64,000 nucleotides of DNA from Antedon mediterranea. Its lineage: Eukaryota > Animalia > Echinodermata. The stretch spans positions 8,122,001 to 8,186,000 of the forward strand of contig NC_092674.1 of NCBI RefSeq assembly GCF_964355755.1, read 5' to 3'. Made by a program: the position numbers and the translations under genes. Of this stretch, positions 37,291 to 52,531 are shown in pieces; position 1 is the stretch's first letter, and each line of letters begins with the position of its first letter. The notes under the pieces are model-generated. The model had not been told where the DNA came from. It saw nothing but the letters and a program-made list of their open reading frames with translations, and made no database searches.

Positions 37291-39302
37291 TAGGTATCCC
37301 AATGAAAAAATTCAGATTAATTTTTTTACATTTTCTTTCAGTTAACCATAAAGAACTTAATGTAATTAGCATTTTGCGATTTAAATGATTGAAATCCGAT
37401 TACCCGTTCTAAAGTTATGGTTATTTAAAGTGGTAAAAAAATATACGATTTTTTGCCTAAAAATTGTGTTTTTTGCAGTTGAAATTGGAAGCATTTTTAA
37501 AAGGTTATAACTTTTACAATAATTAGTTAAAAGTTTTGAATTTTGTTAAACCTATAGATATCACAGAGTTGTACAACTCTATTTTTTTTGGAGCCTCAAC
37601 GAAACCTATTTTTTAAATTATTGGTCCGCAAAGTGGTAGGAAAGCATTTAACGCCCATTTTTGCTGGAATTCCCTAAAAAATGAAAAAACTGCAATTTTT
37701 CAATGATCTGTAACTTTTGAACTACTGTACTAATTCATTTAATTTTTTTTGTACTTGTTAGAATGTAGTGTATATTTCATTAATAAATATATTTTAGATG
37801 TGTATATGAAAAAAAAAAAATTTTTTAATGGTGAAATTTAAAATTATAAAAAGAAAAAATTAAAAAGTATGTTAAAAATGGTGTGCACTGTTTCCTTTCT
37901 TTTACACTAATTTTCGGTAAGTATAATTATTAGAATATTTTAATATACTTTATATTTATAATTTCAATCATAAATACTATTATATATAACTTTTGAATAC
38001 GTAAAACAAGATTTTAGGCCCATATGATTATGACACCAAATCTAAGCTAAGTAAGATATGCTCTTTTATTTTAAGGCAAACGCACAATATGGGTCAAAAT
38101 AAACTCATTTAAAATAATCAATGTTAATTAAAACAATTAATTGTTTACCTGAATAGTATATATAACATTATAAAAATTGTTTTCTTTTCGTATTATTACG
38201 TTATTAAATTGAAATACGGAGCTAAAGTTTAGGCCAAGTCACGGCTTACTCGCGATCAGTAGTCGCTCCGTTAAAGTATTTCGGTCGCAGTTAATGACTT
38301 TCGGCCGCCGTATACAGAGTCAAATGTAACGTTGGTAAATTAGCTTAATAAATTTCCTCGGTACATTTTAACCTAACGCATTTGCATTGTATACTTGTAT
38401 AATAAATCTTCCGCACATTACATCAATTTTAAGTTGTTAAATTAATGTGTAAAACCAGATATTCTACGACGGAAAAGGACATGTCAATCTCCGACATCGC
38501 TGCTGTCACACATCTCGCGTCGAGCCGGTCGAACTCGAGCGAGGAAAACTAAACAACGTGTTCAAAATATGGAACGTACCATTCGCTGATAGGGTGCATT
38601 AATGTATTTAACGGAAAACGCCACAACAAACACGCGCGTATTTTAGAGTACAATATTTTACTCACTACAATATTCACCGGATTATAATGGTTGGATCTTT
38701 AAAATTTTGAACGGGATTTACGCCTCATGCACCATTTTAAAATGTAGTTCGCTCAATTACCATGCACAATACGTTTGTAAACTATGTTTTATCGATTTCA
38801 ATGTAGATTTAGCTATAATTTAATACCAAAATCCATAATATTTTTCCATAAACGGTGAATCAAAATTGGATTTTTGTCACAAAAATTGACTTTTCGTTAC
38901 GAAAAACCTATTTATAGAAGACGATTTTCGTATCAAATTAAAGCTTATTTAAAGCCTGATAACATACAACAAAAATTAATCCGCTAGCTCCAATGGTAAT
39001 CGTGCGATCGTGTTTTGAAAACTGATGGGGATTTTCCGATGAGGTTTTCAACGCGCGGAAATCGGCTCGACGGGATTTTAGAACCGTTTTAAAATCGCAT
39101 TTTCTCGGCAACTAATTCATTAATTTTAATTATAAACACACTTATACAAAGATTAAAACAAGTACTTTCAAACAATATAAATTTTGTAAGTATTAATTAA
39201 GATTGAATACGATTTATTTAACATCAAAGTCATACTACTTTTTCGAATTTCGTCAATATTTCAAAAGTGATACCCCTCTGTGCGCTTTCATTGGGATACC
39301 TA
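37291..39302. mobile_element. Non-autonomous DNA transposon, 2.0 kb, with a 7-bp TSD (hATw-like)
   Basis: Perfect 17-bp TIR TAGGTATCCCAATGAAA; GTGTCAA duplicated at 37284-37290 and 39303-39309; no transposase ORF. Confidence 0.85.
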
Positions 39303-40588
39303 GTGTCAACTATCTTTTGTTGTCATATCAAGCATCTTCAGAATTTAGAACTTTTCAAGATTTGTATTGCAACCAAACACAATGGAATCGAAATATCATT
39401 TCTCCTCCTAGACAATACCTGGAAAGAACAGAACTTCTATGGTATATCCTAACTGTATAAATTCCTCTTCGTATCTACTGAAGCCCTCACTCTGGAGAGC
39501 ATGGGCTATTGTAAGCTTATCCAGTTAAGCTAGGCATAAAATAATCTTTACAGCACTGTGAAAATCTGTTCACAAATACAAAAATACATTTTTTCCATTT
39601 GATATGGATGTCGATATTTTGTCCTTTCTATTCCATTAACAAAATCAGGTTGAATGTAAAAACTAGAAATGAATGAATTACATTATCTAATATCTTAAAT
39701 CAATAGGCTACTTCCATAAAAAACACAGTGATCAATTTACATACACCTTGAATATCCTGCAAAACTAGCTCAGCAGTTGAAGAACACAGTTATAATCCTG
39801 GGGAATTTGATTTTCCCAATGTTTGCTCAATCAAACTGATTATGTGATGGAAGCCAGTTGCTTTGTGTACACACACAATTCAGAAAAATTAAACAGCCTA
39901 GAATATTCCATTAACCAGTGAATGCTTTCAAAATTACAAACTCATCATTAAAGAAAAAAAAAGATATTAATGTATTCAATCTCCGGCTGAAGAAACTATA
40001 AAAACACTGCACATGTTTAGCAGTATATGCCAGATTTAATCAGTAGAGAAGAATGATCAGTTATAGTGACTATGAAAACCGGCTACTACTACTAACCATA
40101 TAATATCATGAATGAAATGAATGACACTAGCAGCTTCAACTGACTCACAATTCACAGCCTTCATGTGATACTTTTAATATTTAATTACTGTTCCACAGAG
40201 AGCAAGTAAGAAACGTATATAGCATTTAACATAAATGCAACAGTGGGTACACGGAAAAATTGACTATTTATCATTCGGTAATTACAAGGTGTCCTTGACT
40301 ACAGGTTTCGTGCGATTGGAGGCAGCTTGCTGAAGGAAATTCTCACCGTGCCGTTCCGTTAATTTCTTACTCTTTATCAGGTTTGCACAGTATGTAAGAT
40401 CACATGGGGATCCTCGGCTTAAATGGAAAATGAAGTGAAAGGCAATGTTTAATGGCCTTTTAAATATCTACATTTATTAATGCAACGCTATTGATTTTAT
40501 AATAAAACAATTATGCATTTTTACTTTTTAATTTAATGATACCTCAACATGTGTTCTATTATTTTAAACTACAGAAATCTGTATTTAA

Positions 40589-41172
40589 AGGCCAGGTGCG
40601 GGCAAAACATTTCTATTGATCATACATTCCAATAATTATCGATCTATATTTTCTCCTATGTTTCATAATTTTTGGAGATTTTATTTGTGTTGCACGAGCT
40701 TGTTGAAAATAAGCACTTTCTTATTAGTGGGGGGATAGTTAAATTACACAGTAAAATCTCTATTCTTTTGTACACAAATTGTGTAAATAAAGAGGCATTT
40801 TAAAAAGCTATGAAAAATAAATGTTATCAATATCAGATGACTAAATATAGGTAATATAACTTGAATATTATATTTCTGATAGTTTTATTCAACTTCAGAT
40901 TTTTATTTTCATGCTATAGCAAAAATTATCCACTGTATATCCACCATCTTTTTTCACTTTCTAGGGAGTCACCAGAAATGTTATTACATTAGGTTTACTA
41001 CCTAACTACTAAAAAAAAGTCTTTCCTGGTTTTTATGGAAGAATTTTGCCAAATTTTGTATTTAACCATATTAAGGGGAATTCATGTTTTTTCGTCTTGA
41101 TTTCTGTTACAAATATTTGATATGTATAATTAACCAAATATTATATTTAAAATTCATGCCTGTACCTGAGCT
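40589..41172. mobile_element. Kolobok-like non-autonomous element
   Basis: Imperfect TIR AGGCCAGGTGCGGGCA vs AGCTCAGGTACAGGCA; TTAA on both sides. Confidence 0.6.
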
Positions 41173-44100
41173 TTAAAATGTACTCCATTTTAGAAAAAAA
41201 AAACAATTTTATATATTAACAATTATCTATTGATTTTGATATTTTTATGTATATGCTCGACGAATCTAAATAAAAGAAACGTTTGCCGTTTTTCTGCAAG
41301 AGTCACATCCCTCTTTTGGGACACCACCCCACTTTTGGGACACAACTCTTTTTTAAGGACACCACCTCTCTTTAAGGGGACAATTTCCTGTGAAACAAAT
41401 GATAACTAATGTATGTTTACACTACTCAGTGGACAAAATTATTTTAAGGGGACTTGGGTCTCGTATGTGTAAATTGTCACTTTATTAGTATGAAATTATT
41501 TTCAACTTTGGTAGAACAAAAGACAGTCAAATTTATAACAGATTTAAAAATCAAAGAAAGTAATTGTACAGTCTTGTTTATTTTTAATTAATCTAAATGT
41601 AATTTGACTTTCTATGGACCAGAGATTCTGAAATAAAAGATTGAATTGTATAATAGTAATTTTGATCCTATATGATTTTTCTTTCACTACGAATAAAAAG
41701 ACAACAGTCCGGAATAAACTATGCATGCAGCCCCTCCCATTCATAATAGAGTTACGAGAATGAATGGTAAGCAAATTGATTACGTGCTAAATATCACCTG
41801 CCTTTCACTGCTTTGAACTTTAAGCTTCACGCAAACTGTATACCTATAAATCACTAGCTTTTTGTTTCGATAAAGATGATTTCTGTAATATTTTATGCAA
41901 ACTATCATTATCAAGTGATATACTGTATACTGTGTCTATATTAAAAATAGATTTAATTTCTTTCATATGCATGTGACCTAAAAAATGTATACTATATAAG
42001 AGTGAAATGATAACCTCACAAATAAGTTTATCATTCTATTCTAGTAGCTTTTTAAGACAAATACTGATAGTGGAGTGTCCCCTGAATAGATGTTGGCATA
42101 CTGTGGAAACCCATTTCTCCGTGTTTGTTTTACAAGGGGTCCCCATTGTGGTGTCCCCTGAATAGAGGTTGGCGTACTATTTTACGAGAAGGTGTCCCTA
42201 TAGTGGTGTTCCAAAGGAGGAGTTCTAACTGCAAAAGCAAAAAAATTAAAAAAACATATGATACAGTTAGTATGTACTCCCACACTAATGACTCAATTTC
42301 TGTTACCAATATTGAGATACATAATTTAGTTTAATATGCAATTTTATGTGCTAATTTATTGTTAATCACAATATATTATTTCTTGTCAAATATTTTAATA
42401 TGTACACTGAATAATTCAATGATTCTATGCGACTAGTCAAATAAATTACAGAATTATTCATATTTCTAATAATATGGATAAATCACAACTTTCTTCTTCT
42501 AAAAGTAAAAGGCGTAATAAATTAAAACTGACAAATTCGAGAGTCTACACAGTTTTATTACAGTATTTATTACTGAATGAAACTACTAAATATCTTTAAT
42601 TAATGATTTCAATTCAGAATTTATACTACCGTTTGATTTTTTTTGTATTCAGGAAAATAATATTTGCAAGTGTCCTGAATCTGACAAATTATTTTTTTTT
42701 GCCATCAATGTAGCAGTTTCCAAAAAACATTGAGTATCACATTTTTATGAAGAAAATATGAATAAAACATGTTTAATCTATTTGGAATAAAACATAAAAA
42801 TAAAGGAATTACGAAGCATTTTATTACTTAAGTGAATTCTTAAAGGTAAAAGTTGAGATTTTTGTAGTTCATCGTAAAATTAATGAATGTATTGTTCTAC
42901 TATACATCTTTGCCAATCAACAAGGTTTTTTCAATTTTTTGTTATTAATGTATTTATCGTAATAATACTCAAATTAAATGAACATTCTGTTAATTTATTT
43001 TAAAAATTCAGAATCAGATTCACTAGAGACCACGCCTAATTGGGATGGCCTACAATTGACAATTCAAACTCTAAATGACCATAGTATTTTGATAAACAAT
43101 TTAGCAGTAATGGATTTTATAAAATGGCATATTATTTGTAGGAATGAGATCAAATGCTACAACACATGAATACAACAAGACATTTCTTCTAATAATTAAC
43201 AGACAAATTAAGGCATGCATACACGTACTATGTGGGCAGAATACTATGATTGCATAGAGGCCTTATTTGGGTACTAAACTGTACTTCACCATTAACTGAT
43301 AGGGGTTTGTGACATACTTATTTACGTAGTGCTCTTATAATGAGGCCACTGTGGTTTATTCGGGTAAGCTGGGCACAAATTGTATTATTTAACTGTCTTG
43401 CATGTTGGAGAGTTTATATATTCTATTGCAAAAAACTGATATGGGTTTTGTGACATGCGTACTCTTTCTTATAATAAGACCACTGTGGAGTATTAAAAAG
43501 GAGGGGTTAGCTACTCAATTTCATTTGTACTCTATTACTACAGTATGAATGTTCTTTTTTTAATTGGGGCAAAATCATTATTTAGCACATCACTCTAAAG
43601 CTAAAATGATAAACATAAATTTGAAAACAAATAAAAATATCTTAGATAAGCAGATTATATTATTGCATGTATTTAAGTGGTAATTTATAATAATTGCTTG
43701 AATTTAATTGTGTGTTAAGACAATTATTTTGCTTTGCATTAATAATTTTAGTTAGCTTGTAAATGTGTTTAGCAATATGATTTATTGACGCACGGTTTAT
43801 GATTACTAATCTAATAATATTCTTTCTTACGCGTTGAAATTTAGTTAGTGGAAAATGTTACTATATAAAAAGACATTGCTAGAAGTTGTGTTATTAAGCG
43901 GAGGTCCAAGAGCTTCCATTTCTACACAAAGCCTAAGAGACCACATTAAATATATTCTACTGAATTTTAATTAACTACTTTATAACCTGATTATGCAAAA
44001 TTTTTCGGGTAACCTCTGTCCCAAAAATCATGCACATTATTGATAGAAAAAATGTAGTTCTTATTCTTTATTGCCAATCAACAACAACAAACAACTACAA

Positions 44101-44631
44101 CAAACAACTACAAGTAAAAGTGGCAGGAAACACAAAAGAGAACTACAGTGTAAATACCTATGACAAGAGCCTGTGAATCCTCATACATGTAGTATACGTT
44201 ATAAAATATAGCATTTCAATAAATATATCAGAAAATATCCACACAAGAAATATCAAAAAACCATTCATAAAAATACAAAAACAGAGTAGAAATAAATAAT
44301 TAAATTTACTGCATTAGAATAAATTTGACATGTTGCCTAGAAGCACATCACATTTTTTCACTAGCATACATAGTTAGGGAAATAATTAAAAAATTAACTG
44401 AGAGCCCGAAGTTTGAATGATCTATACCTACTGATCTAAAAAATAAGAAGCGAAAGATAATGAAATCGAGGATGAACCAATGCTTCAAAAGCAGATGCTA
44501 AGTTTTGTCTAGGCCTAGCCTTAGGCCAACATCACACCTTGTTGTTATACCATCATTGTTGTAAACATCAATAACAAAATCTAGGACAAATATTGATTGG
44601 TTCATACATTGCTCTTAACATTGAATTTCCC

Positions 44632-45016
44632 TTAAGAAACTATGATCTACGTTTTTTTACCTAATTTAAGGTCACACACCACATTTTATGTAAAAATAAA
44701 TATATGAACCTATTGCAATAATGTTTTTTGTCTCTAATAAACGGTTAAAAGTGTGAAAAATTAGTTGATTCCAATAATTTAAGTGGCCTGCAATAAATCT
44801 CAACATACATCATGTGCAGATTGATATTTTCATATTGTGATGTGATGCACCCACTTCGATCGCATACGTGAAAGGGTAAACAAATAAAAGAACCGTATAA
44901 ACTTTTCTGTTAAAATACCAGGTCTTTCCCAATTTGTATTACCGGATTTTGCCAAAAAAGGAAAGACAATTAATTCTGCAAATTTAGACGTCAGGCTAGG
45001 CCTATAGCTAGCGTAA
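44632..45016. mobile_element. Truncated, diverged copy of the Kolobok-like element at 53022-53647
   Basis: Colinear similarity, e.g. AAACGGTTAAAA.TGTGAAAAAT, CCCAATTTGTAT, ACGTCAGGCTAGG..TATAGCTAGCGTA. Confidence 0.8.
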
Positions 45017-48000
45017 ATATTGATCATTTTAATAATTATTTTAATTTAAGACAACTCCTTGCTAATAACCACTTACAGTAATACAAACAATTCCTGCCTT
45101 ATGGACAGTACATTTTTTTTAATAAATCAATTTGAAAAGACAGGCCTCCAAATGGTACACAAACTAAAACAATCATAAACAGGCGCACACTACAGGTTGA
45201 CATAAGGGTTCATTGGAGATTTTTATTGAATATCACGTGACACAATTTCCTCCAATCAAAGGACAAGAAACTATAGTCAGGTGTTTTATAAAAAATTTAT
45301 TTAATTATTAGTTTTACAATAAAAATATAGTGTACCATGTTACATTTCATTTTTAAACGGGGTGTTTCTTAAATTAAAAGTATCGCATTGAAACAAAAAA
45401 GGTACGAAAATTGCAGAAAATGAAGGTTAAGGTATGAATAGCCAACGGCAGTGGCTCATAAACAAGATGTACGCTTGCCCTTTAAAAGCATTTATCTTCA
45501 TTACTTGTAATCAATACCATTAATGTACAAATTCTAAGAGCAAACATAAAGTGAGGAAACTTATCATTTGTACTAAATTATAAAGGTTATAGAAATGTCA
45601 AAGGTAAAGTGTCAAAGGTCAATTAGAGTAAAATGGGAATGTAAGATTCATTTTGATCGCAACAATGTAGGACATACAACATTTGGCGTACTTCGTCGCT
45701 CGATTCTTGATCAAGACAGTTTTGTCACATTCTAGGTACAAGTGATGTCCTTTGACACAGTTTGTGTAGATTGCAAATCAAATCCTCCCAAGTAAAGTGA
45801 CTATTGAGGTTAAATGATGCTACAGAGTTATAGAAAGGTGAAAAACAAGTACCCAGCGGCACTGTAATAATTATCTACATCATTGAAAATCTCTGATGTG
45901 TGAAAATATAAAATATTGGTTGAAGAATAACACTACAGCCTAAAATTAAATATTCTTATCTCATTCATTCAATGTTTATATAATAATACTTAGTGAAATA
46001 TGAATTTTATAGTCATAGCAAATATGTAGGCTCCCAACCTCCTTAATAAATAATCAATAAAACCATTACTACCAATTATGAATAGTATCTCTCAGGAATT
46101 TACTTTTCTTATTAGCGTTATTTTTCTTTATTAATGGAATATCTTTGTTGTAATCTCATTACGAACTCGTTGGATGCTAATTACAAATGTTTTATCTTGT
46201 TTTTCGTTCGGCAAGATCGCCCTAGTTTGTACTGTATGTACAATCTTAAGATTACAAACTTCAATCACCTTAGTTTGAACGTTTCATTCAGTAATAATGA
46301 TTATTTGTTACTCATCAGGTTGAGTCTATATTCATAGTGTAATGTATTTTAAATAAGAAAATTTGATTAAAATATAGTTGTTCGTTTAATGGGAACAGGG
46401 ATGTTTTAAAGAACGGGTTCCACTGTAGTACAGTGTCTTCCCGAAGCAGGTTTTTCAAGAAAGATCTGCCTGACTAAATTGGCTCCAACCGGTATTAAAA
46501 ATAACATTAAAAAAATTATACATAAAATAAACACTTACATACAGTAGTAGTGGTAGGTTTGGCCTAGCCATTAAAAAAATAGACCAAGAGCAATCAGAAG
46601 CTATATTTTGTCAATTGGATAGACAAAGTACTATATTATTTGACTTTTTTTTGTATTTAGTAGATAAGTTATATAGTATCAATAATTAGGTACTTGGCTT
46701 CATTTGCCAGAATTGTTTTCTATATTGGGAGAACACTGATTAAATTCCTATTCATTGAAAAGATTTCAAGTTCCTTGCACACTGTAATACATATCTACAT
46801 TAGCAATAAATTATGTTTTCTTTACAAATACATGTGAAATATCTTCCTATAAATAAAAAATATAAACTCGTAACTACATGACAACATACTGTAGTAAATC
46901 AACAACAAATAGGTCGTTCAACACGTTTAAACTGGCAAGAAATGGTGAGTCAGGACATAATAGACTACAACACCTTAGCATATGGATAACAATGTCATGG
47001 GCCATAAATATAAACAAGCATGGCAAAAAAAGAAATTCATAAATATGGAGGTGAACGGTAGTAGTAATCTATAATTAACCATATTATATATTTAGTAGAA
47101 CCTCACATGACTATAGGAGACACTTTCCTGTAAAAGGAACAAGGCATGTTTTACTGTAACTACTGTACGGCCAACTTCTATTCAGGGGACACCCTTATTA
47201 AATGGAGACTTTCCCGTGAAAGCAAGTATGTTATTAATCAGACACAACTTGTAGAAGCAACTAGGGGAAATATGTGTAACACCACGGTCCAACCCCTATT
47301 AAGGGTACACTCTTGGGTTTTGAAGGTGCCCCTTTAATAGGAATTTACAGTTAGTATAACATTCAAAACAGGTACTGTAGTTTAACAGATTTCATTTTGA
47401 GATTAGGCAGTGGAAAGTAACCAACAAATGAATGGTAACAATATTTAATAAGACGTTATTTAAACCAAAAGATTTTATATTCTTTGTTTTTTTTTTAATA
47501 CATAAAATACCATAATTTGTCTAAAAATCTAATTAGTGTAAGTGTTTGTTAATTAAAAAGATTACATGAAAAATACATGTCGAGAGCAAACTAGTACCAT
47601 AAGTCAATGTGCCCTAAATATATTTTTACAAATTGATAAAAACATGTGGAAACTCGGAAAAGAAGAACTTATAGAATCCCCTTAGAACAAAATGTGTAAA
47701 CATGAATTACCAAAAAAAATCATCAACCTAAATTACTAGAAAACCACAACCACAAACCTACAGCAAACCATTCTTCCAAGAATTCTATACTTAAAACATT
47801 GACACTGTCATGACTAATCGACAATCAATTCCAAAAATACAATTTCTTGATGAAATCGAAATTAACAAAATTCCAAGCCAAGAACATTTCAATAAAGTAA
47901 AATTGTAAATTCCACAAAAGCTGGACCAAAATCCTCAAGAATATACTGTATATTATTAATTAATATATTATTGACCTCAGTCACAATCTTGCAAACAGAT

Positions 48001-49161
48001 GAAGATGAAGAAAATATGTTTTTTTCCTACTAAAACCACAGGCACATTCCATCAGCTTAGAACAACATTAGGGTATTACAATACTAGCCTCTGAAGAACA
48101 ATATATTCCTTTCCTGGTGATCCAAGGAATGACTTTCTAATCCCAACACTTTAAGCCAGCTTCGGTGATCATCTATATAATGGTCATACACATCTTTGCG
48201 AAACGCTTCAACGATTCCAAGTCTTGTAGCAAAATTGATGCCCGTCGAGGTGTAATAGAAAGTGAAAAGAATATATTTTTTGTTTCTAATTACTGCGATT
48301 TGACATTCCTAACGATTCTTAGTTAAAGCAAAGCTTTATAGTGTTTTTCATTACACATGACCAATAGAGGGCACTGTTGGCACATTGTTAAAAACCAGAA
48401 AGTAATGAGTTAATATTCCTTATGTCTACTGCCCTAAAAAAAAAAATAGAAATCTTTTATGAGGATGTATTAATTCTATAATATATTCTATATATAATAT
48501 TAACAGTTTTAAGCACTTTTTTTTTTGACATAACACACTAACAGGTGTGGTTGACTAAACTGTACTATTCATTTACTGTATTACAATAGTATAGTAAATC
48601 CATACAGTACAACTATCAATTCTTCTAATCTATTCTTTTCCAAATAAACTAATCTATATTTTCTTGAATAACAATCTGTCAAATATACAGTATTAAATTT
48701 AAGAATGCAAGATATTTATTTACTTTATTGTATATGAAATGTGCAACCTTATTATAAACATCTACATACTATACCATTTAAATTGCACATAAATATTATA
48801 ATAATTGTCTAATCTTATTCCACCTTCCAATCAATCTTCATTATTAATTTAATTTTGTTTATAATATAAGAAAAAAATTATTATTAAACTATTAATACAA
48901 CATGTACTGTATAGACTTTCTTACTTTCCTTAGGGTATTTTATAGAGGGCAGCAGACATGTTTTTAACAATCTGTGGCATTAAAAAAACATCACATTGTG
49001 AATAGGGAATTTCCCAAAATAAATCTGGGCATTTCCAACAACTAAGAATGAGGTTGATTGATGTTACCAATTTCCGATGCATGATGCCCATATAAATCAA
49101 TACTGAAAACATATATCTATTGTTCAAATTAGTCAGAAAAGATTCACTTCAAATTGTGTAA

Positions 49162-49466
49162 AGCTCTGTCTACATTATAAAACTGTATATGACAAAAAAA
49201 TGTGATGTGCCTATATGGACTTGATGATCATATTATCACTACCATATTTGGGCATATCACTACCATATTTGGGCACAGCACATTTTTGTCAAACTAGTTT
49301 GATAGTGTAGACAGAGCAATACACTATCAAACTTTATGCGACAAAAAACTGCAATGTGCCCATATTGACTTGATGATGTCATATCTCTACCATATTTGGG
49401 CATATCACTACCATATTAGGGCACAGCATACTTTTTTTTTGTCAAACTAGTTTGATAGTATAGACA
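49162..49466. mobile_element. Head-to-tail dimer of Harbinger-like MITE family A
   Basis: Full copy at 49162-49317 followed directly by a second copy at 49321-49466. Confidence 0.85.
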
Positions 49467-51708
49467 TGTAGAATGCCTTCTTTGGAATGGTTTCACTCAA
49501 AAGAGTACCATACGAAAATTGATGAAGATCCCAATGTCAAATTGGACAGTTTTTAGCAGTTAAAACATAAATTATTTAGTAATTACATCCCACCACAAAT
49601 GCACAAGGTGTCATATGGTTAAACCACATCCTGCCCAAAAAAATAGGCAGACACAGCCTGGAGTTAAATATGTCCTGTTACTTACAACACAGAATACTCA
49701 CTACAATACATACTATATTTTTGTACCAAATATGCATCTCCTTTAAAATATTTTATTTTTATTATTATACTATACTACATAACTAAAAGTAGATATCATT
49801 TCGTATAGTTTATTAAATTGGATCAAGAGTAGGAAACATTTCTTGCATGTTTGGATATTACTTCACTGTATTTAATAAATGTTTATGTAGCAGTTGGCTA
49901 CATCTTACACAGGTGGAAATATTCCCTAGTACTCAGTAAACATTTAACAGTGCTATAGATAGAGTTTATTCTTTGTTGCATATGCAGGCCTTATGCTGTC
50001 ATTGCGAGTAAAGCTGTGCTATAAAATAATAAATACAGTACATTTAAGACCCTGTGTCTCCCTAGTGAAAAGGTTTATATAGGAAAATAAATAGATTATT
50101 AATACAATTTTACAATAAATACAGCATTATTAGTTTTTACCGATATTGTTCCCAAGCGCTCATGTTTTTGACAAATGATGTTAATCACTAGATGTCATTG
50201 AATGCATGTCAATGAATTGCATCACAGCTATTCACCTCAAGGGTCAACCAACTGTTTAGCACAGTAAATTCTACTGCTTCCAAACCTTTTCATTTATCAG
50301 TTTTTCTTCAATTTATGCTAAACCCAAACTTAGAAACAGGCTAAGACAGGCCTCAAATATGGGATTTTAGGGGTAAGGCCAGTTGGCCTCCAGTTTTTTT
50401 AGAAGTGTATAGCTACAGTAGTACCTCTAATTCATTGTTGAAAGTTTATATTTTTATTTTCGACATTCAGTTGTTTTTTATTGTGGTGACAATTCTACTA
50501 GGGCACTATTGTTCGAATTGATGCTGTAACAAATACTGTAGGTTTTTTTTGTTCTGCCCTAGATATAGTCCTGAAGAATTTTACAGATTCCGAGAAAGGA
50601 TGGGAAACAATCCAAAAACATAAGATTTGGGTGGACAGATGTGAAAAGGAGAGAAAAATAACTTCTGTTCTGTCATTTGAAAATAAAAACCTTTTTTGGT
50701 TTTTTAACCACAGAAAAACAAAACCTGTCCACAGATGTATAGTTATATATTGCATTCATTCCTAGACTATTTATTGGCAAACTCTTTTTATTAAGGATTG
50801 TTAAACAAAAATAATTGATAATTAAATCATTATTTAGAATATATTAAATAGAACCAATTTAAAAAAAAAAGGATCCTTTTAATGAAGAAAGAACAACTAA
50901 AACTATTAAGTCAACAAAAAGTCAAGCAGCGTTTTTTGTAAGAAATGTTTCTTGTTTACTGTGTTGTGCGCTTTGGTATTATGACAGACAATATCTGCCA
51001 AGAAAATATATTTTATATTATTATCTTGGCCAAAGTCGTAAAAGTGATTTTTCAAGTGCTTCCTCTAGAGTTGAAAGGTCATCATACTGTAGCATTTATC
51101 CAAACCAAGAATCTATCTACAGTATGTTATCTCGTAACCGTTACTGCAATATATTTTGACTTGGCAGACTATATTTATATTTTGGCAGACATCGTTAGCG
51201 ATTTTTCAAGTGTTTCCCGGCAAGTTGAATGACTTATTGAAAAGATGACAATACTTTTAATTTAATAATAATAATAATCTAACTTTATCTGAAATTCTAA
51301 ATACTCAACAGCGTCAATCTGTATTGGATGTTGGGGGTGGGTGTTGGACGCCATTCACAAGGAGCTAAAAAAAGAACCCCAAACAACAGACTGTTCATAA
51401 TTTGATATTTCTGTTACAGCTGATCAGGTTTTTTTTCTAACGTTTGCTGTAAAAAATGTGACGGAACCAAGGACTGTAAAAATTTAGCAGAAATACACAT
51501 TTTATTTTGTAATCTATTTTTCAGTGTAATTAGTTATTCAATGGCTTTATTAAGCATACAATACAGGCCCTTATTGAAACAGGAATTCTGCCATGTCTCT
51601 ACTACAGTACAACATATTGATTGTATCCTTTGGTAAGATTAAATGCTCTTGTTGCTCCATGGATTTGGATTGGATGTAAAGCTATTAGTCCCATGTACAG
51701 TACATTAT

Positions 51709-52027
51709 TACTGGGTAGCCTCTTCAGACTGTTCCCTCTGAGGGCCCAGTCAGTGTATAGTACTATGATGAGTTTGTGACAGTGGCTGTAGTGTACTGTC
51801 TGTGAACTACAGTAGTTCACCGGGGTACTCATCTCGAAAGAGGTACTAGGTTCTTTAAAGTGCACATGAACCATATGTGTACACTGGAACTACAGTATGT
51901 ATTCCTTATCCGAGAAGACAGGTTCTACCAGAAACATGGAGTGGCAGTGAGTAAGCGAGCCTCGAACCCTTGCCGATGTTATGGCTATGTATTACGGTTC
52001 CACTGTCTTAGCCGCTCGGCCACTCAC
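51709..52027 (-). mobile_element. tRNA-derived SINE family 2 copy
   Basis: On the minus strand: A box TGGCCGAGCGG and B box GGTTCGAGGCT; homologous to the copies at 24057 and 58164. Confidence 0.75.
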
Positions 52028-52220
52028 TCACACACACAGAATATGTGCACAATAAAGAACTTGTTACACTATTTGAAAAGAGGATTGTCTCCCAATGTCC
52101 ATTTATTGCTCTTTACTGGGCTCTCTGGAGAAGTCTTGAACTAAAGAGGTCACCCAGTAGAAACAAAATCCTTGTGGTTTTCAATGGAACCGCAGTGGGA
52201 TCTACAAGAGGTACTTACAA

Positions 52221-52531
52221 GTGAGGGCGTGTGGGGCAGGGTCTTGGACGTCGGACAACTGATCGTAAGACTGAGGCTCGAATCCAACTCTCGCCGCATT
52301 GCTTGTATCCTTAGGCAAGATACTTTACTTACGTTTGCCTCTCTCCACCCAGGTGTATAAATGGGTACCCGCTTAGATCAAGACACAACTTTGCGCTGAT
52401 TACTAGCTGCTTTATTGGAGTATGTTTCCATACAGTACGTTTGATTAAAAAAATAACTGGGGTAATAATATTCAGCGCTTAGAGAAGCTTGCTTGTAGAG
52501 CGCTATATAAAAATGAACTATATTATTATTA
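52221..52531 (+). mobile_element. tRNA-derived SINE family 1 copy
   Basis: Colinear with 27474-27760; (TAT)n tail. Confidence 0.8.

Noticed and set aside
39742-39762. Minus-strand CAG|GATATTCAAG ('DIQ') resembling the start of an L27 exon
   Set aside because: Does not continue as EFYEVTL and the phase is wrong; no L27 exon found in the window
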